64,000 nt of DNA, from NCBI GenBank assembly GCA_903856295.1, contig CAIOBP010000097.1, forward strand, positions 540 through 64,539, in the 5' to 3' direction. The DNA comes from an uncultured Rhodospirillales bacterium. GTDB lineage: Bacteria > Pseudomonadota > Alphaproteobacteria > Azospirillales > Azospirillaceae. The stretch's first letter is position 1, and every line of letters begins with the position of its first letter. This document shows positions 63,495-64,000 of this stretch, one piece after another. A program made the translations under genes and the position numbers. The notes below the pieces were generated by a model that was not told the DNA's origin, ran no database searches, and saw only the letters and a list, made by a program, of their open reading frames with translations.

Positions 63495-63507
63495 AACTCT
63501 ATCCTTC

Positions 63508-63550
63508 AAAAAAAATCCCGAGCCTATTGAATGGAAGTCTGGCTCGGGAT
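63508..63550 (-). terminator. rho-independent terminator (minus strand)
   Basis: 10-bp stem atcccgagcc / ggctcgggat with a 16-nt loop, followed on the minus strand by TTTTTTTT. Confidence 0.6.
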
Positions 63551-64000
63551 ACTGGTTGGTTTTGAGAGATTATGTATTGGGCATTATATTTGGATACCAC
63601 AAGTCGGCCTGCCCATACCGACTTGAAACTCTTTTAACAAATCTCTCAAATTATTGATGAACAAGACTTCCGATTTTGCCCTTCAACAACCTTAATATAC
63701 AAAACCATGATTTGAACTTCATTATTAATCTTCTCCAAAATAGAATTATCTTTATCAAACCACTTTAGATCGTTTCAATCGTGACGCCCTTCACCAATGC
63801 GCCTCTTTAAACCGGCGCATCGGTTCGGCTTTGTTTACGCAAGACGATCACCGACGATCTCATGAAGGGCTTGTCGGCCAGTGCCCTGGGATGTCAGGGT
63901 GGTGCGGTAAACGAGGAAGGGGCAATGCGGGTAGCGCCCAGTGGTTCCGGTGATGGGGTGACACCTCACAGGGCAAACTCGCCCTGCCGGGCATCGCCAT

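Larger units (their letters stand above)
59109..64000. mobile_element. tRNA-Arg-associated integrative genomic island (right end not seen)
   Basis: A tyrosine integrase lies 180 nt after the tRNA. Composition shifts visibly to AT-rich mosaic DNA, and the cargo is mostly unknown genes. No copy of the tRNA 3' end was found further right in the window. Confidence 0.55.

Noticed and set aside
63848-64000. ATG at the window edge (minus strand, 64000) opening a roughly 50-codon ORF in the GC-rich stretch after the island
   Set aside because: It is short, has no motifs, and the region is cut by the window end. I cannot distinguish it from a chance ORF or from the end of a gene lying outside the window.

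Overview
GC-rich, densely coding chromosomal segment with alphaproteobacterial (probably Rhodospirillales-like) gene content. It ends in a lower-GC genomic island next to tRNA-Arg(ACG). Left to right: a partial MCP, amtB, msrA, an XRE regulator, a lipoprotein hydrolase, an orphan ABC ATPase, a zf-CHCC mini-protein, a sugar epimerase, a flippase-like protein and ggt. Next comes a flagellar rod/export operon (flgB-flgC-fliE-fliQ-fliR-flhB) with a good sigma-54 promoter match, then a DMT transporter, bluB, a VOC protein, fliN, DUF882, NUDIX, LysM and PstS-like genes. A same-strand respiratory cluster of about 9 kb follows (22.5-31.5 kb). After it: BrnTA, prfC, hemerythrin, MscS-cNMP, a pentapeptide-PilZ protein, a SixA-like phosphatase, CYTH-CHAD, rdgB, a lysozyme, glgB, pyk, glycerate kinase and rpmJ. 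Then a CheB/CheR pair with two hybrid histidine kinases, mlaA, a second GGT-family gene, tRNA-Arg, and an integrase island carrying a MucR paralog and unknown AT-rich cargo. The best candidate for something undescribed is the respiratory cluster. It encodes two heme-copper-oxidase subunit-I homologs, and both lack the canonical helix-VII His-His CuB ligands. One is otherwise a near-canonical A-family CoxI reading WAQQMY instead of WAHHMY, and it also lacks the D-channel Asp and K-channel Lys. The cluster has a single intact CuA subunit II, plus heme O and heme A synthases, SCO1, TlpA and an ABC exporter. No Cox11 or subunit III is seen in the window. Other observations: a GGT paralog with Cys at the Ntn nucleophile position; a 30-bp x3 tandem repeat that triplicates an ATGA stop/start junction; a multi-hairpin REP-like element in 2-3 copies; an EEL-rich duplicated coiled coil in a kinase encoded next to CheR/CheB; and small unannotated ORFs. 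All calls come from reading the translations and the DNA by eye; no searches were run.
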